64,000 bases of DNA from Promethearchaeota archaeon (GTDB lineage Archaea > Asgardarchaeota > Lokiarchaeia > Sigyniarchaeales > SOKP01). This document shows positions 1-9,569 of the stretch, one piece after another. The stretch lies in NCBI GenBank assembly GCA_048940445.1, contig JBHLON010000004.1, positions 61,910-125,909 of the forward strand, in the 5' to 3' direction. Each line of letters opens with the position of its first letter. The stretch's first letter is position 1. The translations under genes were made by a program, and so were the position numbers. The notes beneath the pieces are model-generated. The model ran no database searches, was not told the origin of the DNA, and saw only the letters and a list, made by a program, of their open reading frames with translations.

Positions 1-2
1 GA

Positions 3-1160
3 GTTCCTGCGGGTATAATAATAACAGGATCTCATAATCCACAAGAATGGAATGGCCTAAAACTGCTATCGGGTCATTCTTTTTTAAGTAATATAGAATT
101 AGAACAAATAAGTAAAAATATAAATCAAAATGATTTAGTTGATCCAAAAATCAATTTTGAAAACCTACAAAATAATATCGTCGAATTAAATCCTATTCCT
201 GATTATATTACACAGTTGTATGAAAATATAGATTATAATAAAGTTAAGGATAATAATAATTTACGAGTAGTGGTTGATACTGGAGCAGGTGCAGGTAAAT
301 ATGTCACTCCTCAGATTCTTGAAGGGCTAGGGTGTAAAGTGAAAATTATAAATAACGAGTTTCTGATTAACCAAGTTTTTCCAAGAGAGATTGAACCTAT
401 AGCACAAAATCTCCGTGATTTAATAATGGAAGTATGGCAAGGAAAATATGACATTGGTTTTGCACACGACTCTGATGCCGATAGATTAGCATTAATAGGA
501 GACACTGGTATTTGTTATCCCGAAGATGTAGGATTAGCTATAATAGCAGATTATTATCTAAAAAATTTCAGTCTTCAATATGAGAAAGCGATATTTGTTA
601 CTAACTTAGCATCCTCACTTATGTTTGAAGTTTTAGCCAAGAAGTATAATGTTCAAATAATAAGGACTCCAATAGGAGAAAAATTTCTAATGGAAGAGAT
701 TAATAAAATAAGACAAAACAACGAAAATTGTTTAATTTTAGGAGGAGAGGGTTCTTGTGGAGGTATAATGTTGCCAAGTTTCAATAATACCCGAGACGGA
801 ATTTTTGCAGCAGCTAAAATTGTTGAGATTTTAGTTTTAACTCAGCAAAGAATATCAACATTAGTTTCTCAGCTTCCAAAATATTTTTCATATAGGAGAA
901 GTATCGCAATTAAAAATGGTGATGTATCCAAAATAATTAATGGTATTAAAAACGAATTAAGTGATGAGGGCGAAAAAGTTATCAAGGTCAATAATGATTT
1001 AAGATTTGGTGAAGGAATTGAGTGGTTTGTATTAATTCATCCCTCTAATACTGAACCTATAATTAGGGTTATTAGTGAAGCAAAGACTGATTCTGCAGCC
1101 AGAATGTATTGTGAAGTTACAGCAGAATTAGTAAAATTAGTAATAGCAAGTTTAATCTAA
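3..1160 (+). CDS. Phosphomannomutase/phosphoglucomutase family protein (5'-truncated by window edge)
   Basis: Frame is open from position 3 and reads VPAGIIITGSHNPQEWNG (catalytic SHNP motif); metal loop DSDADR; GGEGS; SNTEP C-terminal motif. Confidence 0.9.
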   Translation, partial: VPAGIIITGSHNPQEWNGLKLLSGHSFLSNIELEQISKNINQNDLVDPKINFENLQNNIVELNPIPDYITQLYENIDYNKVKDNNNLRVVVDTGAGAGKYVTPQILEGLGCKVKIINNEFLINQVFPREIEPIAQNLRDLIMEVWQGKYDIGFAHDSDADRLALIGDTGICYPEDVGLAIIADYYLKNFSLQYEKAIFVTNLASSLMFEVLAKKYNVQIIRTPIGEKFLMEEINKIRQNNENCLILGGEGSCGGIMLPSFNNTRDGIFAAAKIVEILVLTQQRISTLVSQLPKYFSYRRSIAIKNGDVSKIINGIKNELSDEGEKVIKVNNDLRFGEGIEWFVLIHPSNTEPIIRVISEAKTDSAARMYCEVTAELVKLVIASLI

Positions 1161-1605
1161 ATTTTTTATTAGAGATTTTCCTTCCCATTTATTTCCCATT
1201 CTTTTTTAACACTGGAGTCAATATAACAGTAAATTTATAAATTATTATATAATAATTAAATATATTAAAATTTTAGTTGATTTTTCCATGGTAATAAAAG
1301 TAAGAATAAGGATGTGGATTAAAGAGATACAAAATATAGTCCATAGTCCGCGTGTTTATTCGATTACAGCCATGATCACCAATTTATTAGGGTTTATAAT
1401 CTCCATTCCTATTAAATTACGCTTTTAATATAATCAACAATCTTAGACTCTTACTCTTTTGATTTTTATCTTTCTCACTAACAAGTTTTCTTAGAATTCT
1501 CTACTAATTCTTTTTTTCGCAAATTCTCCTAGATTATGCCATTAAAATTTCAAAATCAATGAAATTTTTGATATTTTAAAGTCCAAATTATAGTTATAAA
1601 TAGTA

Positions 1606-2871
1606 TTGGTGGAAAAAATGTCAGTATTAAAAAGGCTGTTAAAAAAACAGCTCCAGTGGCCTCAAAAAGAGGAATTCAGGTTAAATCAATCTAATTTAGG
1701 TCAATGGAAGTTGAATATATGGAAGTCTTATTCATTTCATTTTTTTATGGGGTTTCACTTCATTTCAGGAGTACTATTGCCTTTTTTCATGACTTGGGGA
1801 AAATTAACTTTCATAGAAGTTATGTTCCTTGAAAGTTATTTTACAATGATGATTTTGGTTTTTGAGATACCCTGTGGTGCTATAGCAGATTATTTGAGTA
1901 GAAAACTTTCTTTGACAATGGGAGCAATTTTTTCAGCCTTGGCAGCATTAATTTATGGATGTTATCCACACATAGTTATTTTTGGCGTTGGTGAAACTTT
2001 ATGGGCTTTAGGAGCTGCTTTAATGTCAGGTTCTGATCAAGCTTTTATCTATGATACTCTAAAAAAATTAGGGCAGGAAAATAAAATATCAAATGTAATG
2101 GCTAGAAATAAAAGTTCTATGCTATTAGGTATTACAATTTCAGCACCTATAGGTTCAATTATAGCTTCTTCATTATCAATTAATTTAGTGATGACATTTA
2201 TGGCTATACCATTCTTTATGGCAACATTAATATCAATGACTATGAAAGAACCGTTTTACGAAAATATTAAGAAGAAATCTAAGAGTTATTTGAGTATAGT
2301 AAAAGATGGATTACTAGAACTTAAGAATAACAAAATTCTAAGATTATTAGCTCTAGAAATGGTTATAACCGAATCTATGGTATTCTTCTTAATATGGACC
2401 TATCAAATATATCTTAAAGCTTTAGACGTTCAAATTCTATACTATGGGTTTATAAGCGCTTCTATGACAATAATACAAGTAATTTTCACTAATCTAATTC
2501 CTACTCTTGAAAATAAAATCAATAATAAACGGAGACTTTTGCGATTATTCACAATTATACCCGGAATTGGGTTTATAAGTATAGCATTAATTTCCTTTGC
2601 TCCAGTTAGCATCTTATTAATTCTTTTGATAGTAGGATTTGGGTTTTCACGTAGTATTATTTTTATAAAAGGTATAAATAAACAAATTGAAACAGAAAAC
2701 AGAGCAACAGTTATAAGTGCTATTAGTATGATTGCAAGCCTTCTAAGAACTATTTTATATCCTCTTATAGGATATATTATAACTTGGAATTTAAGTTTTG
2801 GCTTGATTCTTCTTGGAAGCGTAATAATATTAGCTGCTATACTTTCACGAATTAAGAGTGAAGATTTATAG
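1606..2871 (+). CDS. MFS transporter
   Basis: About 12 hydrophobic segments; EIPCGAIADYLSRK MFS motif A; SGSDQA. Confidence 0.85.
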   Translation: MVEKMSVLKRLLKKQLQWPQKEEFRLNQSNLGQWKLNIWKSYSFHFFMGFHFISGVLLPFFMTWGKLTFIEVMFLESYFTMMILVFEIPCGAIADYLSRKLSLTMGAIFSALAALIYGCYPHIVIFGVGETLWALGAALMSGSDQAFIYDTLKKLGQENKISNVMARNKSSMLLGITISAPIGSIIASSLSINLVMTFMAIPFFMATLISMTMKEPFYENIKKKSKSYLSIVKDGLLELKNNKILRLLALEMVITESMVFFLIWTYQIYLKALDVQILYYGFISASMTIIQVIFTNLIPTLENKINNKRRLLRLFTIIPGIGFISIALISFAPVSILLILLIVGFGFSRSIIFIKGINKQIETENRATVISAISMIASLLRTILYPLIGYIITWNLSFGLILLGSVIILAAILSRIKSEDL

Positions 2872-2887
2872 TATAAAAAATTTTTTT

Positions 2888-4732
2888 TTACTTATTTAAT
2901 TCATCTAATATTACTTTAGCTAACTTCTTTCCCACAATCTTTGATAGTTCTTCAAAGGTTGCTTTTCTGATATCTTCAACTGATCCAAAAAATTTTAATA
3001 ATTTATTTCTAGTTGAAGGTCCAACCCCTTTAATATCGTCTAAAATTGATCTCTTTATACTCTTTTTTCTTTGCTTTTTATGTAATCTTATAGCAAAACG
3101 ATGAGCCTCATCTCGTACTTGTTGAAATAGTTTTAAAGCTAATGACTCGCTAGGAAGAAGAATTGGGTTCCTTTTATTAGGAATGTAAACTTCTTCTAGC
3201 CTTTTTGCTAATCCTAAGATTGGAATTTCTTCAATTCCTAATTCTTTTAAAACTATTTGGCCTGCGTTTAATTGCCCCTTTCCACCATCAACAAGAATTA
3301 AATCCGGTAATTCTAAATTTCGCTCTAATAGCATATTATACCTTCGTTTCATAACTTCCTTCATCATTGCTACATCATCAGGTGTGGATTTACTCTTAAT
3401 ATTGTAATGACGGTAAAACCTTTTATAAGGTCTTCCATTCAAAAAGTAAACCATGGATCCTGTTGCATTAGTTCCTTGTATATTTGAAATATCAAACCCT
3501 TCGATAATTCTAGGGGCTTCAGATAAACCCAAAACTTCTTTGACTTCACTAAGAGCTGAATCTATTAAATTTTGATCTTTATTTTTTATCTCTTCCATTT
3601 GAATTTCTTGTTGAACTAACACTTTAGCATTTTTTTCTGCTATTCTCATTAACCCATATTCTTGTTCAAAAGGGAGTCTAATCTGAATGTTTTTCTTGTA
3701 ATCTCTAAGTAGTGCTATGAATATTTCAATAGCTTTGTATTGTTCTGGTATCACAATAATGTCTGGTAAATTTTTTATGGTATCTTGGTAAAACTGCTCC
3801 ATTATTAAAGGGAATATATCTTCCTTTTCAAAAATCTTATCTTTTAAGTTAAAATTGAAAGAACTTTTATTTGTTATCTTTCCATCACGTATGTGAATTA
3901 TAATCATAGCAAAATAATTTTGATTTTCATCATTATGATACCCAATAATATCTTTATTTTCCTTATTATTAAGGAGAACGCTCTGATCAGTTGTGGAGTT
4001 TTCTATTGCTTGTAATTTATCTCTCCAAAAAGCTGCATTTTCAAAGTTTAACTTTTGAGAAGCTTTATTCATTTTACTTTTAATTTGCCTTTGGAGATCA
4101 TCAGTTTCTCCTTTAAGGAATAATTCAATATTTTTTATATTCTCTAAATATAGTTCCTTGGTAATAGCGTTTATACATGGGCCTGGACATAATTTAATTT
4201 GGTAGTATAAACACGGTCGTTCTCTTATTTTTACTTTTTTTTTGCAAGAACAATAAGGAAATAATTTTCTTAAATCGCGTAAAATCCTAATTATTTCTTT
4301 TTTGTCAGTATAAGGCCCTAAAAATAGATTTTTTTGGGAATATTTTTCGGGACCTCTTATTACTCTAATTCTAGGGTATTCCTCAGAATAAAAAATCGCT
4401 ACCCAGGGATAAGATTTTGAATCCCGCATGATGACATTATATCTGGGTTGAAATTTCTTGATCTGAATATTTTCAAGAATATATGCCTCCTTTTCATTCT
4501 CAGTTACAATATATTCAATTGAATTTACTTTTTGGATTAAATCTTTGATCTTTTCTTGGTAATAGGGGTCATTGTAAGTTGATTTTGAAAAATATTGATT
4601 AACTCTTTTTCGAAGATTAGCAGCTTTACCAATATAGAGAGGTGTTTTATCTTTATTAGTGAATATGTAAATTCCCGGTTCATTAGGTAAACTTTTTCTT
4701 TGAAGTTCTAAATCTTTCATGAAATTAGTCAT
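2888..4732 (-). CDS. uvrC: Excinuclease ABC subunit C
   Basis: GIY-YIG N-terminus (PGIY...YIGKA), Cys cluster, FDISN, DGGKGQ, RDEAHRFA, C-terminal HhH. Confidence 0.97.
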   Translation of the reverse strand: MTNFMKDLELQRKSLPNEPGIYIFTNKDKTPLYIGKAANLRKRVNQYFSKSTYNDPYYQEKIKDLIQKVNSIEYIVTENEKEAYILENIQIKKFQPRYNVIMRDSKSYPWVAIFYSEEYPRIRVIRGPEKYSQKNLFLGPYTDKKEIIRILRDLRKLFPYCSCKKKVKIRERPCLYYQIKLCPGPCINAITKELYLENIKNIELFLKGETDDLQRQIKSKMNKASQKLNFENAAFWRDKLQAIENSTTDQSVLLNNKENKDIIGYHNDENQNYFAMIIIHIRDGKITNKSSFNFNLKDKIFEKEDIFPLIMEQFYQDTIKNLPDIIVIPEQYKAIEIFIALLRDYKKNIQIRLPFEQEYGLMRIAEKNAKVLVQQEIQMEEIKNKDQNLIDSALSEVKEVLGLSEAPRIIEGFDISNIQGTNATGSMVYFLNGRPYKRFYRHYNIKSKSTPDDVAMMKEVMKRRYNMLLERNLELPDLILVDGGKGQLNAGQIVLKELGIEEIPILGLAKRLEEVYIPNKRNPILLPSESLALKLFQQVRDEAHRFAIRLHKKQRKKSIKRSILDDIKGVGPSTRNKLLKFFGSVEDIRKATFEELSKIVGKKLAKVILDELNK

Positions 4733-4904
4733 ATATTTTTCTGTTACTTTCTGAATTCACGATAATTCACTTAACCTAAAAAGTTACTGATTCAGTATAA
4801 ATAGTTATAGGGACTAAAAGTTATTTACTATTATGAATTATAGCTAACTATAAATTATACCAATTAAAATATTTTTATCAGATGAAAAAGACAAGTTTAT
4901 AAAA

Positions 4905-5090
4905 ATGGTAAAAATTAGATTATGCCCAAAATGTAAAAAACCGAAACTTAAGAATGCTACTAACGTTTCAGGTTGGTTAGCACCTGATATGTACGAATGT
5001 ACTAATTGTAAATATATTGGATATTTCTATTTGGAAGTTGATTCGGATGATTATGAATCTGAAGATGAAGAAGAAAAAAAATCAATCTAA
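4905..5090 (+). CDS. Small zinc-ribbon protein with acidic tail
   Basis: CPKC...CTNC pair; directly upstream of the R15P isomerase/RuBisCO genes. Confidence 0.7.
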   Translation: MVKIRLCPKCKKPKLKNATNVSGWLAPDMYECTNCKYIGYFYLEVDSDDYESEDEEEKKSI

Positions 5091-5155
5091 TTTTTTATCT
5101 TATATTATTATAAAACGTTTGTTTTATCTTCATTTGAAAAATCAAGGTCATAGAA

Positions 5156-6097
5156 ATGAAAGAATTATTAAAAGATGCCGCAAAAATTAAATCCTTAGAA
5201 ATACAAGGGGCATTGAATGTTGCAGTGAGTGCTATTAGCTTCCTGCATAATTATGCTTATAGAATTGGGAGAGATCTTAGCATAGATGAGCTAGTTGATA
5301 AGCTTCAAGAGGCTAAAGATATTTTATTAGAAACCAGAGCTACAGAACCAGCTATGAGCAATGGTCTTAATTATCTTATGAATAAAATAGAAAAGGAGAA
5401 AAAATCACTTTCAATGAATAAATTATTAGAATTAATCTCTCATTGCAAAGATGAATATAAAATGATGCTCCAAACAGCAAAAATGAAAATAGCAGAAATT
5501 GGCGCAAGAAGATTTCCAGATATAGAAACTGATGAAAACTTTATTGTTATGACACATTGTCATTCGTCTGTTGTAACCGCCATTCTTATAGAAGCAAAGA
5601 GACAAGGAAAGGAATTTAAAGTTATAAATACTGAAACTCAACCAAGGTTGCAAGGAAGAAAAACAGCTAAAGAACTTTTGGATGCTGGAATTGATGTTAT
5701 TCACGTTGTGGATAGTGCAATGCGATGGGCAGTCAATCATTTTGAGGTTGATCTAATTTTAATTGGAGCAGATAGTATTACTAGTGAAGGTACAGTATTA
5801 AACAAAATTGGTTCACGATTATTAGCTCTTGTAGCCCACGAAGAACATGTCCCTTTTTATGTCGCATCACCCCTATTAAAGTATAACCCACAAACATCGT
5901 TTGGCATATTGGAGAAAATAGAGATGCGTGATCCAGAGGAAATTTGGGAAAATGCTCCTAAAGGCCTTACTATAATAAATCCAGCATTTGAAACTGTAAG
6001 TAGGAGATACATTGACGGTTTACTAACAGAGGCTGGTTTATTTGCTTCAAGTCATGTTCATTATTATTTTACTCAATTATATCCAGAATTAATATGA
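5156..6097 (+). CDS. Ribose-1,5-bisphosphate isomerase (eIF-2B alpha/beta/delta family)
   Basis: IQGA, MTHCHS, ETQP, GAD, NKIGS, NPAFE motifs; adjacent to form III RuBisCO. Confidence 0.9.
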   Translation: MKELLKDAAKIKSLEIQGALNVAVSAISFLHNYAYRIGRDLSIDELVDKLQEAKDILLETRATEPAMSNGLNYLMNKIEKEKKSLSMNKLLELISHCKDEYKMMLQTAKMKIAEIGARRFPDIETDENFIVMTHCHSSVVTAILIEAKRQGKEFKVINTETQPRLQGRKTAKELLDAGIDVIHVVDSAMRWAVNHFEVDLILIGADSITSEGTVLNKIGSRLLALVAHEEHVPFYVASPLLKYNPQTSFGILEKIEMRDPEEIWENAPKGLTIINPAFETVSRRYIDGLLTEAGLFASSHVHYYFTQLYPELI

Positions 6098-6107
6098 AGT
6101 GAATTAA

Positions 6108-7382
6108 ATGAAATATGAGGATTTTTTGGATCTAGAATATATTCCTAATGATGATGATCTTATATGTCTATTTAAAATTAAGCCCGCAATAGGATTCAAA
6201 CTAGAAAAAGCGGCTATTAGGGTCGCTGCAGAAAGTAGTAACGGAACATGGACCACTCTAAAGATTCCAGATCATATCACTCAATTAAGCGCTAAAGTTT
6301 ATCATATAAACGGAGATTATGTTAAAATTGCGTATCCAAATGATTTATTTGAAGAGGGAAATATGCCTCAAATCTTAAGTTCTATAGCAGGGAATGTATT
6401 TGGGATGAAGGCATTAGAAGGACTAAGACTTGTTGATGTAAAATGGCCACTAAACATCTTAAAATCCTTTAAAGGGCCTCAATTTGGTATTAATGGAATA
6501 AGAAAAATTTTAGATATTGATAAACGTCCTATAACGGCAACGGTTCCAAAACCTAAAGTTGGCTATTATGCTGAAGAACACGCTCAACAGGGGTATGACA
6601 TTTGGCTAGGTGGCGTAGATCTTCTTAAGGATGATGAAAATTTATCTAATCAGAAGTTTAATAAATTTAAAGAAAGACTTGAATTATGCATGAAAATGAG
6701 AGATAAGGCTGAAAATGAAACCGGAGAACGTAAAAGTTATTTAATAAATATAACTGCTGAAGTAGAAGAAATGAAGAAACGTGCTCAATTAACAAAGGAT
6801 TATGGGAATGAATATGTAATGGTGGATATTTTTACTACGGGATGGGCATCTATACAAACAATTAGGAATGTTTGCGATGAGTTAGAATTAGCAATACATG
6901 CTCATCGAGCCTTTCATGCCGCATTTGATCGTAATCCGGATCATGGTATCTCTATGAAAGTTCTTGCTGAAATTGCTAGAATGCAAGGTGTTGATCAACT
7001 CCATATTGGAGGACTGGGAAAGTTGGCAGGAGGAAGAACAGAGGTCAAAGATAACTATATAAAATGCTATTCCGAATTTAATAAAGATGGATTTGAAATG
7101 CTTGAACAAAATTGGTATGGGATAAAACCCGTGTTTGGAGTTTGCTCTGGAGGTTTACATCCTGGGATAATGCATAGATTGATGGAACTTTTGTCAACTG
7201 ATATCGTTGTACAAGCAGGAGGAGGTGTCTTAGGTCATCCAGGAGGTACTGAAAATGGTGCAAAGGCATTAAGACAATCTATTGATGCATATATGAAAGG
7301 ATTCACCCTAGATGATTATGCTAAAAGTCATCCAGAGTTAGCAGAAGCACTAAAACTTTGGAGTAATAAAACCCCTATTTAA
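6108..7382 (+). CDS. rbcL: Form III ribulose-1,5-bisphosphate carboxylase large subunit
   Basis: AAESSNGTW, KPKVG, GVDLLKDDE carbamylation motif, HAHRAFH, GKL, SGGLHP, QAGGGVLGHP. Confidence 0.95.
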   Translation: MKYEDFLDLEYIPNDDDLICLFKIKPAIGFKLEKAAIRVAAESSNGTWTTLKIPDHITQLSAKVYHINGDYVKIAYPNDLFEEGNMPQILSSIAGNVFGMKALEGLRLVDVKWPLNILKSFKGPQFGINGIRKILDIDKRPITATVPKPKVGYYAEEHAQQGYDIWLGGVDLLKDDENLSNQKFNKFKERLELCMKMRDKAENETGERKSYLINITAEVEEMKKRAQLTKDYGNEYVMVDIFTTGWASIQTIRNVCDELELAIHAHRAFHAAFDRNPDHGISMKVLAEIARMQGVDQLHIGGLGKLAGGRTEVKDNYIKCYSEFNKDGFEMLEQNWYGIKPVFGVCSGGLHPGIMHRLMELLSTDIVVQAGGGVLGHPGGTENGAKALRQSIDAYMKGFTLDDYAKSHPELAEALKLWSNKTPI

Positions 7383-7485
7383 TTAGAATTATAACCCTTT
7401 ATCCATGAGTGAATTTTTAATCCTAGTTTATTAAAAAGAAAAAAATTTTATATTTTCATATATTCTTCTATTAAGTGATTAAACC

Positions 7486-7809
7486 ATGAGTAAAACTGAA
7501 ACTAAACAAATAATTATAGATGTAAAAGAGTTAATTTTAGCTCCAAAAGTTGGTAAAGAACAAAATGCAGAAGATTTACTACGATTTATGGTCGAACAAT
7601 TACCCCAAATTGAAATTAATCGTAATGGAAATAATCTTGAAGTTAAAATGCCTAAACAGATGTCCAAAAGGGTTGTAAGATTAAGAATCAAGAAATTCCT
7701 ACATCAAAAAAATCTTTTTAATGAATTTAGACCTATTTTATATAAGAGCCATGAATTAGAAGGATATATCATAAAAAAGAGAAAAATGTTGGAATTATCC
7801 TATTATTAA
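7486..7809 (+). CDS. rpl22e: Ribosomal protein eL22-like
   Basis: 107 aa basic protein; SKRVVRLRIKKFLHQKNL...FRPI...Y resembles the eukaryotic eL22 SKRYLKYLTKKYLKK segment. Confidence 0.75.
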   Translation: MSKTETKQIIIDVKELILAPKVGKEQNAEDLLRFMVEQLPQIEINRNGNNLEVKMPKQMSKRVVRLRIKKFLHQKNLFNEFRPILYKSHELEGYIIKKRKMLELSYY

Positions 7810-7850
7810 TTGAAGATAATTTTTATTAAATTGAAATTTCTATTTTAAAT

Positions 7851-8813
7851 GTGAATTTAGAAGAAATTAAAATTAGATCTATTAATGATATAACTACTTG
7901 TATAAATTTAGCAAGTTCCTTAGAAATAGGAGGATGGCCAAAACCTGGAAATGTTCATAGGACAAAAAATTTCAATAAGACTCGATATGAACATTTTCTT
8001 TCTGGAATTGCCGCTATACAACCAATTTTTCGACGATTCTGTATTAGAATAGTTAATAAAACTAATGACAACGTTCAAAATTATTCTTTTGTGGAATTAG
8101 GCAAATTTTTTAAAGTTGCAGTTAAAGCAATGATGAAATGGCAATCTGGTGGCAATATCTTACTTGGTCATATTCTCATTTTAGCACCTCTCAGTGCAGC
8201 AGTTTGTATTTGTAAAAAACTTAATAAATTTTCATTAAAAGATTTTAAAACTATCCTTCAAAACATTATAAGAGATTCAACAGTTAAAGATACTGTAAAT
8301 CTTTATCAAGCTATAAAATTATGTCGCCCTGGAGGATTAGGTAAAATTGCAAAATATGATCTTACTGAAAATAATTCTATTAGCGAAATTCAAAAAGATA
8401 ATATAACTTTAAAAGAAATTTTTCAATTATCAAGAGATTATGACTTAATCAGTTCTGAGTATACAACAGGATTTCAAATAATTTTAAATGAGGGGCTCCC
8501 GTATTTCATGGAGCATTTTAATAAACATAATGATATAAATGTTGCTATAGTAAACACTTATTTAAATTTTCTTAGTAATCATCCGGACACGTTAATAATT
8601 AGAAAATCTGGCAGAGGTGCGGCATACTTTGTCTCTCAGGCAGCCTCTAAAGTAGTTCATCAGGGGGGAATTTCCACAAAGAAAGGATTGCGCTTAGCTA
8701 TAAAACTTGATAATAAACTTCATAAAGCTAAAGGAAAATTGAATCCTGGTACAACTGCAGATCTTATTGCGGGTGTGATATTCTCTGCTTTGATATTTGG
8801 TTTAAAGTTTTAG
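7851..8813 (+). CDS. Triphosphoribosyl-dephospho-CoA synthase (CitG/MdcB family)
   Basis: LE..PKPGNVHR, DTLIIRK, LNPGTTADL motifs. Confidence 0.85.
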   Translation: MNLEEIKIRSINDITTCINLASSLEIGGWPKPGNVHRTKNFNKTRYEHFLSGIAAIQPIFRRFCIRIVNKTNDNVQNYSFVELGKFFKVAVKAMMKWQSGGNILLGHILILAPLSAAVCICKKLNKFSLKDFKTILQNIIRDSTVKDTVNLYQAIKLCRPGGLGKIAKYDLTENNSISEIQKDNITLKEIFQLSRDYDLISSEYTTGFQIILNEGLPYFMEHFNKHNDINVAIVNTYLNFLSNHPDTLIIRKSGRGAAYFVSQAASKVVHQGGISTKKGLRLAIKLDNKLHKAKGKLNPGTTADLIAGVIFSALIFGLKF

Positions 8814-8897
8814 AAAAAGGAAAAATTTTTGATTAAAGGATAATAAATTAAAACTGAGACAATAATTATTTTAACAATTATTTAGCTGGTAGCTTTT

Positions 8898-9248
8898 ATG
8901 GAATTTTGTGATGAGTGCGGTAGCATAATGCTACCTTCGGTAGTTGATGGAATAAAAGTTTTTAAATGTAAGTGTGGCGCAATAAAACCATTTTCAGAGG
9001 AAAAATCTGAATCCTATAAGGTTAACACTAAAATCACACATCCTATTCGAGAAGAAGTTACAAACCTAGCAGAAGTAATGGATTGGAAGGAAAAAAATCT
9101 TAGAAGTTCTATAAAGAATTTCAAATGCTCACGTTGTGGTTATACAAAAGCACATCTAGAAACAAGGCAAACACGGAGAGCAGATGAGGGTATGACTCAT
9201 TTTATCACTTGTCTTAAGTGTGGCAAAATGAAAAAAATTGGTAGTTAA
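8898..9248 (+). CDS. tfs: Transcription factor S (TFS/RpoM family)
   Basis: Two Zn ribbons (CDEC..CKC; CSRC..CLKC) and QTRRADEG acidic hairpin. Confidence 0.9.
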   Translation: MEFCDECGSIMLPSVVDGIKVFKCKCGAIKPFSEEKSESYKVNTKITHPIREEVTNLAEVMDWKEKNLRSSIKNFKCSRCGYTKAHLETRQTRRADEGMTHFITCLKCGKMKKIGS

Positions 9249-9251
9249 GCT

Positions 9252-9554
9252 TTAATTTAATAATTTGTCCAAAATCTCTTTTTCTTCTACTTCTTTATTA
9301 AAGTTAACTTGAATCACTTTATTGATACTCCTTAGACCAGACTTGAATTGAATTTGTTCAGCATTTATTTTAAGGTGCCTTTTTAGTAATTGAATTAACT
9401 CTTTATTTGCTTTATTTTGAATAGGTTTGGATTTTAAACTAATTCTAATAAAGTCAAAATCGTTATCTATTTTAATTTCTTGAGCCTTTGAATTAGGTTT
9501 TACCTTAATTCTTAGGATAAAAATGTTATTTAATTTTTTCTCAATTATTTTCAT
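9252..9554 (-). CDS. UPF0235/DUF167 (YggU-like) protein
   Basis: VKPNS...KANKELI...SG..S..K pattern; 100 aa. Confidence 0.85.
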   Translation of the reverse strand: MKIIEKKLNNIFILRIKVKPNSKAQEIKIDNDFDFIRISLKSKPIQNKANKELIQLLKRHLKINAEQIQFKSGLRSINKVIQVNFNKEVEEKEILDKLLN

Positions 9555-9569
9555 ATCGAAAAGTCTATT

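Noticed and set aside
1161-1605. Intergenic stretch with a short direct repeat (atagtcc x2) and broken minus-strand frames
   Set aside because: No recognisable RNA or protein family; too weak to call a pseudogene or ncRNA.
5156-6097. Call as translation factor eIF-2B subunit or methylthioribose-1-phosphate isomerase
   Set aside because: The catalytic Cys motif THCHS and adjacency to form III RuBisCO favour R15P isomerase.
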